From a virus (taxonomy: Duplodnaviria; Caudoviricetes), in the IMG/VR virus record IMGVR_UViG_3300020045_010202, positions 1 to 30,223 of that record: a DNA stretch of 30,223 bases; one strand, 5' to 3'. Shown in pieces: positions 8,485-17,730 of the stretch (the stretch's first letter is position 1; every line of letters starts with the position of its first letter). The notes beneath the pieces are model-generated. The model was not told the origin of the DNA and did no database searches. It saw nothing but the letters and a program-made list of their open reading frames with translations. The position numbers and the translations under genes are program-made.

Positions 8485-11400
8485 ATGGGGTTTATAGATC
8501 GCATCAAGAAGGTTTATCAAGATTCTTCGGGGACAGCGAAGAATCTTGTTGATAAAACTTCAGATCAGACAAAAAAGGTTCTTAATACCTTGGATGATAA
8601 TTTTGCAGATAGTGTATTCGAAGCTCCGGACTTTTTGACCAAAGCTGTAGAGAAAGTAAGCTCCTCTCCTGATGTAACACCTGGGACGAAGAAGCTTTTA
8701 AACTCACTCCAGTTGGAGGAAAGTAGCGCTGGTTTCTTGAGCAGGGCTGCCGAGGCCGGGAATTTATCAGAAGGAACAAAAAAGCTTTTGAATAGTTTAG
8801 GGGGCGAGAAGGAAGAAAAGAAAGAAAAGTTTAGTGTTTTGGGGGCGTTGGGCGCCACAATCCCTGGGGTCAATCTTGTTCAAATTCTTCAAAGGCATCC
8901 TAAGGCGGCCGGTGCGGCTGGTGATTTTTTAAGTTCTATCGGAACTTTTTTGGCGGGGAAGGGGGAAGAAATTGCTCAGGATTACGACCAGGCAAAAGAA
9001 GAGAAGGAAAAGGAAGGGGGTCTTTCCGGCCCTGAGGAGTTGTTTCAAAAGTGGGACTCGCGGGGTGGGGGTGTGCGGGGAGTGACCGGGGTGGTGTCCA
9101 CGCCTTTTACAGCGCTAGGAGAGGCGATAAAGGGGTATGGTGAGGGGAAGATTGTGGAGCCCACAGCGAGGGCGGGGTTAACGTATGGGTCTATTACTCC
9201 CGTTGGGGCTGCATTTAATGCGGTGTTCGCGCAGCCGGAAGTAGCAAATGCTTATCAAGCGAAGGTGCAACCGTTAGTGGATGGGCTTGAGTCTCTGGCT
9301 TTGACCGTCCCTGCGGTGAAGAGTTTCACAGACAGTCATCCTGAGGCGAAGGCCCTGCTCCACGAGGGGTTGAATGCGCTCCCTTTCATACTTGCTTTCG
9401 GGGTTGGATCGAGAGCGCTTAAGGGCAAGGCTCCAAAAACTCCTGAAGAGCTTGCATTACAGATGAAGGATCCTGCGTGGCAGGAGAGTGCCGGGAAGTT
9501 TATGAAACAAGTAGAGAAGGATATTAAGAAAGGAGATTTTACCCGGGTAAATAAGGTTCTTAAGAGTGAGGATGCTGTTGTGGTGAAAGAAATGATGAGT
9601 GGGACTACCAAAGAGCCTGTGGTTAAACCTAATAAAAGCACAGGTAAAAAGAATGACAAACAGGTAGCACCTATTCCGGAAGAACTTTTTGACTCTAAGC
9701 GTGGTATGGAAGTTTTTGAAGAACTTCAGAATTCGAAGAGAGGTGAGCGAATTGTGACAGAGGAAGGCACTACTGGAATTTCCTCTTCATTCCCTGAGTG
9801 GGTCCCGGATGACCTCAGGTCTAGGGGGGTATTCAATGCTGTGGAAAAGCATTTACTCGAAGGCACTATTCCTACCAAGACAAAGGAGGTGCAGGTTTAT
9901 AATCTTGTGCATGAACAGATTCTAGGTGGAAAAGTGATTGAGCCCGTGGCCGTTGATCCTTACAGAGGAAGCACAATGGAGCGTGTAGATGTTCTAAATA
10001 AGGTTGATAAAATCCTTTCTTCCCGTATGTCTTCAGCTAAAGGGGTAGAACCTCCAAAGAGTTTGAAGAAGCTGGACGTTGGTGTGGAGATGAAGAAGCT
10101 TATTTTGAATGAAGCAAAGGAGTTTTCAAAGACTGCTGAATTTGAGAAGTTCCGTGAAACAGTTACGCTTGAGAGTTTAAAGAAAGCTGCTGAGGATATG
10201 GATTGGGATGTATCCACGCTTAAAAGGGCGGCAGAAGCTTCTAAAGAGAATGCTGCTATTATAGCCAAGGCTCAAGAGATGCTCATGAAAGCAAGTACAG
10301 TTCTTCGGGATAAAGTGAATGAATTTCGGGTAAGGGCAAGCGAGCTCACTTCCATCGAACGGGATGTTCTCTTGGATGAGATCTATCTTGCGAGGCAAAG
10401 GCATGGGGAGGTTTATAAATCCACTCGTATTCTTGAAGGATCGGCGGGAAGAACGCTCAAGGCAACCCAAACGAATATGAGAAAGCTTAATTTACAGGAC
10501 ATCGATCGTAAAATGACGCCTGAAGAGGTGATTCATTTGGCCGGGGAAATGGATAAGATGGGTGCAAACAAAGCTCTCAAGGATACTTATAAATCTGGTT
10601 GGATTGATAAGATGGCGGAGATGCGAAGGATGGGGCTTCTTTCGAATCCCGAATCTTGGGGTGTAAACGTCCTGAGTAACCTTGCTACGAAGCTATGGAA
10701 TGTACCCGTAAAGGCATTGACCGCTGCTATTGAAGTACCTGCTTCTATTTTAGGAGGACGGAAGCGAGAGGTGTTTTTCAGGGAGGTTCTAAATGATGCA
10801 AGCTCACTGCCTTCTGGTCTTTATCATGGGGTTGTTGAAGGTTTGAAGGTACTTGCTACTGGTAAAGATCCTTTAGTGAAAGGCGAAAGCTTCCAGAAAC
10901 ATATTGGAGGCATCAAGGGTGAAGTCATTCGTTTGCCCGGGCGTGTACTCCAGGCCGGGGATAAGTTTACGGAAAGGCTTTGGTACGCTTCTGAAATAAG
11001 AAATCAGGCACTAAGGCAAGCTAAGAGTGAAGGCCTAAAGGGGAAGGAGTTGGAAGCAAGGATCACGGAACTGGTGGGGAGTCCGACTCCTGAAGTTTTG
11101 GAAAGAGTGAAGTTATTTACAGATGAGCAGCTTATGAGAAGCAAACTCGGTAAAAGCATGCAAGCCATTGCAGAACTTAAGAAGTCAGATAATTGGGCTG
11201 TGAAGGCATTGGGGCACACTGCTTTCACCTTTGTTCAATTCCCGGCTAATGCAGTGAAATGGGCTGTGAATAATTCTGCCTTGAATTTGCTAAACCCCGG
11301 GTTTTACAAAGCTCTCAAGGCGGGTGGGGAGCAGCGGTCAATGGCTTTATCTCGCATGGCGGTTGGGACGGGGATCTCAGCTTACGCCCTTCTAAGTGCC

Positions 11401-12402
11401 GCAGATGGTAAGATCCGAGGAGCCGGCCCAAGTGACAAGAATAAGCGTGATGCTCTTTATGACAGTGGATGGCGGCCCTATACCATTCTTATAAATGGAA
11501 AGTGGGTGTCTTATAAACGTATATTTCCTCTTAGTTTTATGCTTGGTGTACCCGCCACTGTTTACGAACAGATGGAAGAAAACTCTGATGCGGACATCCA
11601 AGATAAGCTGATGTTTCTCGGGGTGGCTCTCGCACAAGGCACGATGGACATGAGCCCGCTTACGGGCCTTGTGAATCTTATCTCTGCTTTGGACAACCCA
11701 ACTGTGGAGTTGGAAAGCTATGTAAAGAGTACCGCGGCTTCACTCCAACCATTTTCCGGTACCACAAGATTTCTTAGAAACTTAAATGATCCTTTCTTGC
11801 GTCTTCCGGAAACTACGTGGGATTATTTCAAGAATCAAGTCCCCGGCCTTTCGAATGATCTCGTGGTCCGCAGGGATCGATGGGGTGAACCGATTGATAA
11901 AAGCTCAACGCTCCCTCTCACCACTTCTGAAGAAGACCCAACGCCGCTTGAACAGGAGCTTATGGATCTTGAATATTATCCTGGTATTCCGGAGGGGACT
12001 TACCTGGGGTGGGAAATGAATCAGGAGGTCTATGATGAATTTCAAACGCAAGTTGGTCAGCTAAAGAAAAAGATATGGACTGATATCCTTGATGGGAAGG
12101 TAAATCTAAATACCTTCATGTCCGATCCACCTGCGAATTATTATCCTAATATCAAAGATCCAATCGAGAAGAGAAAGGTTTGGGAAAGTGCTTTTCGTGA
12201 AGCTCATGAAAGAGTGCGAGAGAAGTTCGGCCCGGCGCTTATAACTGAGCAGCTCGGGCTTACTGGAAAGGTAGACCCTAAAATGGTTGATGGTATTTTC
12301 CAGGCGCTCAGGAAGAATATTTACCTTTTTGATAAATTGCCTCAAGAGGAAAAGGAGGAGCAGTTACTTCAGGCTATTGATCGTTATCAGGCGGCTCAGT
12401 AG
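8485..12402 (+). CDS. Large internal virion/ejection protein (internal virion protein D / LPD38-like C-terminus)
   Basis: 1305 aa; GKIRGAGPSDKNKRDALYDSGWRPYTILINGKWVSYKRI and RRDRWGEPI motifs; last gene of the structural operon. Confidence 0.65.
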   Translation: MGFIDRIKKVYQDSSGTAKNLVDKTSDQTKKVLNTLDDNFADSVFEAPDFLTKAVEKVSSSPDVTPGTKKLLNSLQLEESSAGFLSRAAEAGNLSEGTKKLLNSLGGEKEEKKEKFSVLGALGATIPGVNLVQILQRHPKAAGAAGDFLSSIGTFLAGKGEEIAQDYDQAKEEKEKEGGLSGPEELFQKWDSRGGGVRGVTGVVSTPFTALGEAIKGYGEGKIVEPTARAGLTYGSITPVGAAFNAVFAQPEVANAYQAKVQPLVDGLESLALTVPAVKSFTDSHPEAKALLHEGLNALPFILAFGVGSRALKGKAPKTPEELALQMKDPAWQESAGKFMKQVEKDIKKGDFTRVNKVLKSEDAVVVKEMMSGTTKEPVVKPNKSTGKKNDKQVAPIPEELFDSKRGMEVFEELQNSKRGERIVTEEGTTGISSSFPEWVPDDLRSRGVFNAVEKHLLEGTIPTKTKEVQVYNLVHEQILGGKVIEPVAVDPYRGSTMERVDVLNKVDKILSSRMSSAKGVEPPKSLKKLDVGVEMKKLILNEAKEFSKTAEFEKFRETVTLESLKKAAEDMDWDVSTLKRAAEASKENAAIIAKAQEMLMKASTVLRDKVNEFRVRASELTSIERDVLLDEIYLARQRHGEVYKSTRILEGSAGRTLKATQTNMRKLNLQDIDRKMTPEEVIHLAGEMDKMGANKALKDTYKSGWIDKMAEMRRMGLLSNPESWGVNVLSNLATKLWNVPVKALTAAIEVPASILGGRKREVFFREVLNDASSLPSGLYHGVVEGLKVLATGKDPLVKGESFQKHIGGIKGEVIRLPGRVLQAGDKFTERLWYASEIRNQALRQAKSEGLKGKELEARITELVGSPTPEVLERVKLFTDEQLMRSKLGKSMQAIAELKKSDNWAVKALGHTAFTFVQFPANAVKWAVNNSALNLLNPGFYKALKAGGEQRSMALSRMAVGTGISAYALLSAADGKIRGAGPSDKNKRDALYDSGWRPYTILINGKWVSYKRIFPLSFMLGVPATVYEQMEENSDADIQDKLMFLGVALAQGTMDMSPLTGLVNLISALDNPTVELESYVKSTAASLQPFSGTTRFLRNLNDPFLRLPETTWDYFKNQVPGLSNDLVVRRDRWGEPIDKSSTLPLTTSEEDPTPLEQELMDLEYYPGIPEGTYLGWEMNQEVYDEFQTQVGQLKKKIWTDILDGKVNLNTFMSDPPANYYPNIKDPIEKRKVWESAFREAHERVREKFGPALITEQLGLTGKVDPKMVDGIFQALRKNIYLFDKLPQEEKEEQLLQAIDRYQAAQ

Positions 12403-12404
12403 GT

Positions 12405-12701
12405 TTAAGTTTCTTTAACCGGAAGCATTTTAGGGAACAATTTCGGGAATACAAGCGTAAGGGCCGTTTTAATAGCCGTACGAGTCAGAAGCCCCAAGAA
12501 CATGTCAAAGGTAGCCACATCGTAATTCCCGGCGTAAAGGGCAAAGAGGAAGTCGGCGCCGTCCCCTGAAAAATATAAAAGAAACACTGTCAGAATAGTT
12601 GCAGTCCAGGACCTAAACTCATGGAAAAGCCAATCTCTGAATTTTCTCAACTGTTCTCTCCTGTGCCCGGCCTCCCTATTTTGCTGAGATTTAGATTTCA
12701 T
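12405..12701 (-). CDS. Holin-like membrane protein
   Basis: Basic N-terminus plus hydrophobic helices; directly downstream of the endolysin; start taken at MKSKSQQ. Confidence 0.5.
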   Translation of the reverse strand: MKSKSQQNREAGHRREQLRKFRDWLFHEFRSWTATILTVFLLYFSGDGADFLFALYAGNYDVATFDMFLGLLTRTAIKTALTLVFPKLFPKMLPVKET

Positions 12702-12711
12702 AGTATTTGGA

Positions 12712-13350
12712 TTAGATGTTTTTATCATCTTCTTTTCTCCACTCATGCACAATGCGATGAGAGAGCATACGAAGCAAAGTAAGAAACTCCGGTTCGGTGT
12801 TGAACTTCCTCTTCCAGTATTCCTCAGAAATTTCCGGCAAATGTTTTTTACACCAATCTAGGTCTGTGAGTATCGGATTTTTAAAGAGCTCGTCTAAGTA
12901 GGGAACCGGATCAATATTGTATCCGGTGAAGGCTATAAGAGTACGAGTCATTATTTCAAACCCCTTTTGCGCTGTTTTTGCTATGATTTCAAAATGCCAA
13001 TGAGGATTTGTCGAAACTGAGCCTGTATTGCCTGTTTTAGCGAAGATAAAATCAACGGGGTAAGTTACACCCTCTTTCGCGAATACTTCGCTTAGATGAG
13101 AACTAACGAGGACGTTTTTCTGGGGATCTTCCATTGCAACGCAATTTCCCATTTCTTTACCAAACCAAGCACCAACGCATTTGAGAATGATAGGTAAGTG
13201 CAACGGTGTACCATATAAACAGCCTACGTCAATACCTGTGTGCCCTTTTGCCGGATCATATGGTTTTGTTGGCTTCCCATTTATTATCAAAGTTGGGTTG
13301 GCCTGGAAGTCATTTACCAGTGGGTACGAAAGATAGGAGCGTTGACGCAT
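12712..13350 (-). CDS. M23-family metallopeptidase (endolysin)
   Basis: HTGID (HxxxD), SHLS, TGNTG..STNPHWHFEI (HxH) and IDPVPYL motifs. Confidence 0.9.
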   Translation of the reverse strand: MRQRSYLSYPLVNDFQANPTLIINGKPTKPYDPAKGHTGIDVGCLYGTPLHLPIILKCVGAWFGKEMGNCVAMEDPQKNVLVSSHLSEVFAKEGVTYPVDFIFAKTGNTGSVSTNPHWHFEIIAKTAQKGFEIMTRTLIAFTGYNIDPVPYLDELFKNPILTDLDWCKKHLPEISEEYWKRKFNTEPEFLTLLRMLSHRIVHEWRKEDDKNI

Positions 13351-13361
13351 GGTAAAGGGGG

Positions 13362-13586
13362 TTAGGCTAAGAAACCTTCTTTTTGCAAAACTTCAATTCG
13401 TTCTTGAATGAGTTGATCGTTCTGGTGACTTTCAAGGCCGCTGTCTTTATAAAGCTCCTTAAAGCCCTCCACGGTGTTGTCTCCAGCCTCAGTGTGGTGG
13501 GTGGAAGCCGCAACAGCTAAAAGATGTTTATCGAGCATTGCTATCTCGATTGCGGAAGTGGTGTTTTCATTTGCGGAGAAAGGCAT
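13362..13586 (-). CDS. Hypothetical protein
   Basis: 74-aa ORF tightly packed in the operon. Confidence 0.65.
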   Translation of the reverse strand: MPFSANENTTSAIEIAMLDKHLLAVAASTHHTEAGDNTVEGFKELYKDSGLESHQNDQLIQERIEVLQKEGFLA

Positions 13587-13588
13587 GT

Positions 13589-14218
13589 TTAGTAGGTTAA
13601 GGCGAGTACATTATCCGTGAAGTCACTGATGTAAGAGTACTTCCCAACCTTTCCAATACCTTGCGGCGTCCCTGCTCCGGCGTGAGTAACCGAACGAATC
13701 TGATTGAAGGTATGGTTGAAGATTTTTATTGATGAGTCCACAACAGAGGCAATCCATAAATTATAACCATCAAAACCAAGTCCTCTACGTATATTTAGTC
13801 CAGTTGTTCTTTTGATAAATACATTGTTTTTCATGCGTGCGGATTGAAGGTCGTTAGGCTCAACAGCCCCACCCGCAACGATAAACATGTTTGCGCCTGT
13901 TTTGACCATAGAGGTTGTTAGTCCTGAGATCCCTGTTATGGAAAAGCTTTTGATTACTTGACCGTTTTCATTCATCAAATAGAGTAAATCTGTGCCAAAA
14001 TCCACAAGATAGATTTTATTCTTTTCCACGAACAGTCCGCCTGTGTTTGCTCCCGGCGTTGCAAAGCTTTTAATCGTATTTCCTGTTTTGCGGTCCAGCA
14101 AATAAACAGTGGAAGAACTCTGCCCGGCTACCCAAAGATAGCGTCCAACAACAACAATGCCTCTTATCGCGGCATCCACTTCTGCAATTGTTTTTATTAT
14201 CTTACCCTGGAACTTCAT
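13589..14218 (-). CDS. Small beta-propeller protein (YncE/NHL/glutaminyl-cyclase-like blades)
   Basis: About five ~40-aa repeats of the form G..IKSF..P....G+.+.G..LW+.D. Confidence 0.7.
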   Translation of the reverse strand: MKFQGKIIKTIAEVDAAIRGIVVVGRYLWVAGQSSSTVYLLDRKTGNTIKSFATPGANTGGLFVEKNKIYLVDFGTDLLYLMNENGQVIKSFSITGISGLTTSMVKTGANMFIVAGGAVEPNDLQSARMKNNVFIKRTTGLNIRRGLGFDGYNLWIASVVDSSIKIFNHTFNQIRSVTHAGAGTPQGIGKVGKYSYISDFTDNVLALTY

Positions 14219-14601
14219 TTGTAGAAGATTACGTGGAGTAATACTGTGAACTTCAAAGAAGAAGAAGTGGAGTTTCCCGTTGCCGTAACTCTAAACAATC
14301 TTCCGGGACATTCCCCTGTGAGAATTTCCTTTATTCCGGCTGCCGTAGCAACGTCTTCGTAGGAAAGATTTGAGAAAGGGCCATCCACATAATCAAACCA
14401 CGTAGTACCTCCATCGTTAGAAAACTGAACTTGGAGATCAAGCGTATGAGCTCCGACTCCCGTTGAAGTCACGTCTATGAAAAGTCCGAACTTAGTGTAC
14501 GCAGAACAGTTTGCAGAGTCAGAGGTTGCTGAGGTTGGGCTATCATCAAGAAGGGTGCTTGTGAGAATTGTGATAGCAGCATTGTTTTTGGGCTCCATCA
14601 T
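14215..14601 (-). CDS. Beta-sandwich protein, possibly virion-associated
   Basis: 128 aa; LQVQFSNDGGTTWFD Asp-box-like motif; ATGA overlap with the next gene. Confidence 0.6.
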   Translation of the reverse strand: MMEPKNNAAITILTSTLLDDSPTSATSDSANCSAYTKFGLFIDVTSTGVGAHTLDLQVQFSNDGGTTWFDYVDGPFSNLSYEDVATAAGIKEILTGECPGRLFRVTATGNSTSSSLKFTVLLHVIFYK

Positions 14602-14628
14602 ATTGAAATGATTATTGGTAGATAAAGC

Positions 14629-14895
14629 TTACTTCTTCTCAAGGATTTTTACAAACATGTTCTTGATGTAATTCATATCATTTTTAATGAAATCAACAGC
14701 TGTTTCAATATTTCCTATCCTATCTTTCACGTCTGCAATATTCACCCGGTCACTCTCCCCGGCTTCTTTTAAAGCAGTAATGTCTTTTATAGCTTGGCTC
14801 TGTTCGTATTTCAGATACACCCAAGAGGCTACTAAACCACCAAGGAAGATCACTATAGTCCAATATTTCTGAAAGAAGTCTGCAATTTCAATCAT
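14629..14895 (-). CDS. Membrane protein (N-terminal TM plus coiled coil), holin/XhlA-like
   Basis: YWTIVIFLGGLVASWVYL helix followed by heptads. Confidence 0.55.
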   Translation of the reverse strand: MIEIADFFQKYWTIVIFLGGLVASWVYLKYEQSQAIKDITALKEAGESDRVNIADVKDRIGNIETAVDFIKNDMNYIKNMFVKILEKK

Positions 14896-15130
14896 TTAAA
14901 AAAGAGATGAAGTAGAGGGTAACGAACATAATAAAGCCACCAAGACCAAGATGAAAAAGTATCTCTTGATAAGGTCTTTTTGTTGCCTTTTGAAGTGCCT
15001 CATGATTTGACTTGGTGGATTCTTCTATTCTTATAATACTTTTCATTGTTTCCGACAAGTCCTTCTCGGTTCGTTTTAAGAAAATTTCCACCCTCTCCAG
15101 TCTTTCCATAAGGAGTTTCTCATCCTTCAT
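14888..15130 (-). CDS. XhlA/hemolysin-like membrane protein (coiled coil plus C-terminal TM)
   Basis: RLERVE..IIRIEE heptads; ILFHLGLGGFIMFVTLYFISFL helix. Confidence 0.55.
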   Translation of the reverse strand: MKDEKLLMERLERVEIFLKRTEKDLSETMKSIIRIEESTKSNHEALQKATKRPYQEILFHLGLGGFIMFVTLYFISFLND

Positions 15131-15139
15131 GCAGGGGAG

Positions 15140-15472
15140 TTAAGAAAGTAAACCCACTAATTTGAGGTCGGCGAGTACTTCCTCTAAAGAAGAAGCCCAG
15201 AGCCCCACTCCATTCATTTGTGTTATTTTTTGCAATGTTTCTTTTTGGGGTTCCGTTGGTTTGTTTCCCGGCACTTTCACTTCTATCCCTACGAACTTAC
15301 CGGAAGGGGAGCAACAGATTAGATCAGGCGTTCCCGCAGGAGCGAATTTAATGAAATGTCCGGATTGGGTTGGCATGCCTCCTGAATTGATACGGAGTAC
15401 GTACCAACCAAGCGTCATAAGATATGCTTGAATGGTATTTTGAATATCTCTCTCCTTTTGTGGTTTCTTCAT
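15140..15472 (-). CDS. VRR-NUC domain nuclease (Holliday junction resolvase-like)
   Basis: E.DIQ..I..YL, GTPDLI, GIEVK.P and T..QKE.L motifs; start taken at MKKPQ. Confidence 0.9.
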   Translation of the reverse strand: MKKPQKERDIQNTIQAYLMTLGWYVLRINSGGMPTQSGHFIKFAPAGTPDLICCSPSGKFVGIEVKVPGNKPTEPQKETLQKITQMNGVGLWASSLEEVLADLKLVGLLS

Positions 15473-15487
15473 AAGAACAGTATGAAA

Positions 15488-15520
15488 CAAAAAGAGCCTC
15501 CTGGGAAGGGGACTCCTTTT
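15488..15520 (-). terminator. Rho-independent terminator ending the minus-strand accessory operon
   Basis: Minus strand GGAGTCCCCT-TCCC-AGGAGGCTCT followed by TTTT. Confidence 0.7.
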
Positions 15521-15599
15521 GCTGTTTCTATTTTTTGAGTCTATTCTTCGTCACCCATTGTAAGGTTGGGTTAAAGTATAAAACTACTGAAGCATAGTC

Positions 15600-16193
15600 T
15601 TAAAATTGAAAACTGTAAACCTCGATGACTTCGCTCCAGAATTCTTTCTCCGTCATGTAAAAACACCCATCTTCCCCCCAAGTTGAGCCCCAGGAGTTCT
15701 CAATCTTAAAGACCAGCTCAGATTCGCAAGGGCCGTCCTCTGCCATTACATCCAGAACATAAAGCTCGTGTCCGTCTTCTCGGAATGGTTTCTTGAGGTT
15801 GGGTTTAAAGTTGAACTGTTTATCCAAAGGGATCTTCTCCCTCCCCTCTCTAAAAGTTATGCCAATCATAATCCCATACCTCTCGTCCTTAATTTTCTCC
15901 ACCAGTTCGAGCAAAAAAGCATCTTTGTCTTTGATCTTTAATTTTGGATTATAAATCATTTTAGGATTCTTGATTTTGTAGCCACCGATTCCTTTTACTT
16001 TGGCCATTTGAAGAATACGGAAAGATTTCCTTTCTTCCGGTGTGTCAATTTTGCAAGCAGTGTAAAAATCATACACAGCTTGAGGAGGAAGGATCTTTCC
16101 TTTCTTGTGTTCGATGGCATTAATCAGTGCGAAGCCTATGCACGTTAAACCTGTCTGTTTATGGATGGTATTAAGATTTTTTAGTTTGCTCAT
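15600..16193 (-). CDS. Papain-like cysteine peptidase (C1 family)
   Basis: Oxyanion Gln and catalytic Cys in QTGLTCIGFA, His in GHELYV, Asn in IENSWGSTWGEDGCFYM. Confidence 0.85.
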   Translation of the reverse strand: MSKLKNLNTIHKQTGLTCIGFALINAIEHKKGKILPPQAVYDFYTACKIDTPEERKSFRILQMAKVKGIGGYKIKNPKMIYNPKLKIKDKDAFLLELVEKIKDERYGIMIGITFREGREKIPLDKQFNFKPNLKKPFREDGHELYVLDVMAEDGPCESELVFKIENSWGSTWGEDGCFYMTEKEFWSEVIEVYSFQF

Positions 16194-16386
16194 ATAGTTT
16201 GATTTGTTCCTGAAGATACCATATTGCTTTCTTTAAATCTTCGATCGGCTTACCTTTTTGTTCATGTCTCCATATGTACTTTATGGCATTCCCAACACAA
16301 AAGCTATGAAATTTTGTAATCTGAATACATTCAATACCGGAAGGGTGATCTGTGTAGTGGGGTGGATGATTTACCTCATCGTTCAT
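16171..16386 (-). CDS. DUF3310 family phage protein
   Basis: VNHPPHY..IECI..F..GNAIKY.WR...KG...EDLKKA.WYL signature. Confidence 0.9.
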   Translation of the reverse strand: MNDEVNHPPHYTDHPSGIECIQITKFHSFCVGNAIKYIWRHEQKGKPIEDLKKAIWYLQEQIKLYEQTKKS

Positions 16387-16395
16387 ATTTTAGTA

Positions 16396-16632
16396 TTATT
16401 TCCTAGTGACCGTAAGGATATTTTGCCACGAATCATCGCTGCACACCACCCTTACGTCTTCGCCCACACAGGCTTTTAAGTCATCCACGGCTTTGTACAA
16501 TTCTCGATTGTCATTTTCGCCTACAACCGAAGCAGAGTCGCAAGCAAGCTCGGCCCTTTCAAGTTGGGGCTCGCATTCACCGGGAATCCCGGTACAAGAG
16601 GCTATCAGTGCAATTCCCGGTAAAAGTTTCAT
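16396..16632 (-). CDS. Putative lipoprotein
   Basis: MKLLPGIALIAS-C lipobox-like N-terminus; four further Cys. Confidence 0.55.
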   Translation of the reverse strand: MKLLPGIALIASCTGIPGECEPQLERAELACDSASVVGENDNRELYKAVDDLKACVGEDVRVVCSDDSWQNILTVTRK

Positions 16633-16653
16633 ATATAAGAAGGTTATGATGGT

Positions 16654-17160
16654 TTATGGTTTTTTGATAACTTCTTCTTTACACGCCCCTCTCTCGGCTT
16701 CTTTTAACGCTTTTAGGATACTCTTTTCACCTTTTTTGGTGAGCTTCAGTGTGGGCAGAGTTGCCACGGTGTAGCAACCCTTGGTATACCCTTCTGCAAA
16801 GCATTCACAATTGGACTTTCCGTCGTTGAACCGACAAATATGCTCTGGATGAGGTTTAGCGTAGCCATTCCCAAAACATTCTGGGCAGTGCTCAAGCATT
16901 TCAATTCTTCCGTTGCCTTTGCAGCGTGGGCATTTTACTTCAGATTCTTTCTCGAACTCCTTATTGATTCTCGCTGTCAACTCATCCGAGAGTTTAGCGC
17001 AATGGCAAGCAGCAATTAGGTCTTTCCCACCGTTGGGGCATTCGTGTACCAACGTCGTAGCTAAGGCCGCGCTTGCTACTGCTTCCTCCACCATCATCTC
17101 TTTCAGTATCTCCTGTCTGGCGCGAGGTTTTAACGCGGTGAGTTGATCTTTGATTTTCAT
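16654..17160 (-). CDS. Cys-rich protein with DnaJ-type zinc-finger motifs
   Basis: CPRCKGNG and CPECFGNG (CxxCxGxG twice). Confidence 0.7.
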   Translation of the reverse strand: MKIKDQLTALKPRARQEILKEMMVEEAVASAALATTLVHECPNGGKDLIAACHCAKLSDELTARINKEFEKESEVKCPRCKGNGRIEMLEHCPECFGNGYAKPHPEHICRFNDGKSNCECFAEGYTKGCYTVATLPTLKLTKKGEKSILKALKEAERGACKEEVIKKP

Positions 17161-17348
17161 GGTATGTGGTTAGCAATAGCGTCCAGTAAAGGCTGGACTT
17201 CCTTCGTTTGAACCGAAGCACGGTCACGAAACAGGGCGCAGTTTTCGTAAATTAGGGCCAAAGTACAGCTCTCGGCAAATCCACACACTTTTGCGGCTGG
17301 GCAGTTTGCATCTACTACTTCACGAGAGAGGGGTTTATTTGGGGTCAT
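17157..17348 (-). CDS. Hypothetical Cys-containing protein
   Basis: 63 aa; ATGA overlaps on both sides. Confidence 0.6.
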   Translation of the reverse strand: MTPNKPLSREVVDANCPAAKVCGFAESCTLALIYENCALFRDRASVQTKEVQPLLDAIANHIP

Positions 17349-17593
17349 AAAGATTGTAAAGATTCCAAAATGTCTCGAAACGTCTTTTTATCCGAAGGGT
17401 AACGATCAAGTCCGGGGTAGAAAATATATCCCAGCAGTAAAATCATTGCTGCCAACCACCTCTCGTTGAAGTCGTAACCGTGCTCCCAAATAGTACCCTT
17501 GCCGTCTTCAGGAGGGTAGAGAATCCAGAAGGTCGCCCCCGCCGCTATGAGAGGGAAAAGTAATAACTTGAAGGGGAAAAGAAGATTTTTCAT
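17345..17593 (-). CDS. Small membrane protein (two TM)
   Basis: 82 aa with two hydrophobic stretches. Confidence 0.65.
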   Translation of the reverse strand: MKNLLFPFKLLLFPLIAAGATFWILYPPEDGKGTIWEHGYDFNERWLAAMILLLGYIFYPGLDRYPSDKKTFRDILESLQSL

Positions 17594-17730
17594 CGCTCAG
17601 TTTGGTTAGATTTTAAAGCCTTTTCAACCTCTCTCACTACGTCACATTTTACCAGAGCTATGCCTAAAGCAGTAGCTAAAATGGCTGTGATGGCAACGTG
17701 GGGAAGGGTGATGTTTTCGGTGGGTTTCAT
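17590..17730 (-). CDS. Small single-TM protein (46 aa, not in ORF track)
   Basis: MKPTENITLPHVAITAILATALGIALVKC...; ATGA overlaps with both neighbours. Confidence 0.6.
   Translation of the reverse strand: MKPTENITLPHVAITAILATALGIALVKCDVVREVEKALKSNQTER

Noticed and set aside
211-12345. Many minus-strand ORFs opposite the structural genes (and plus-strand ORFs opposite the 14.6-22.4 kb genes)
   Set aside because: They are shadows of real genes, with no motifs or start context
15541-15558. Five-codon ORF MGDEE (minus strand) with TAACCC context before the terminator
   Set aside because: Too short to distinguish from chance; no regulatory logic evident
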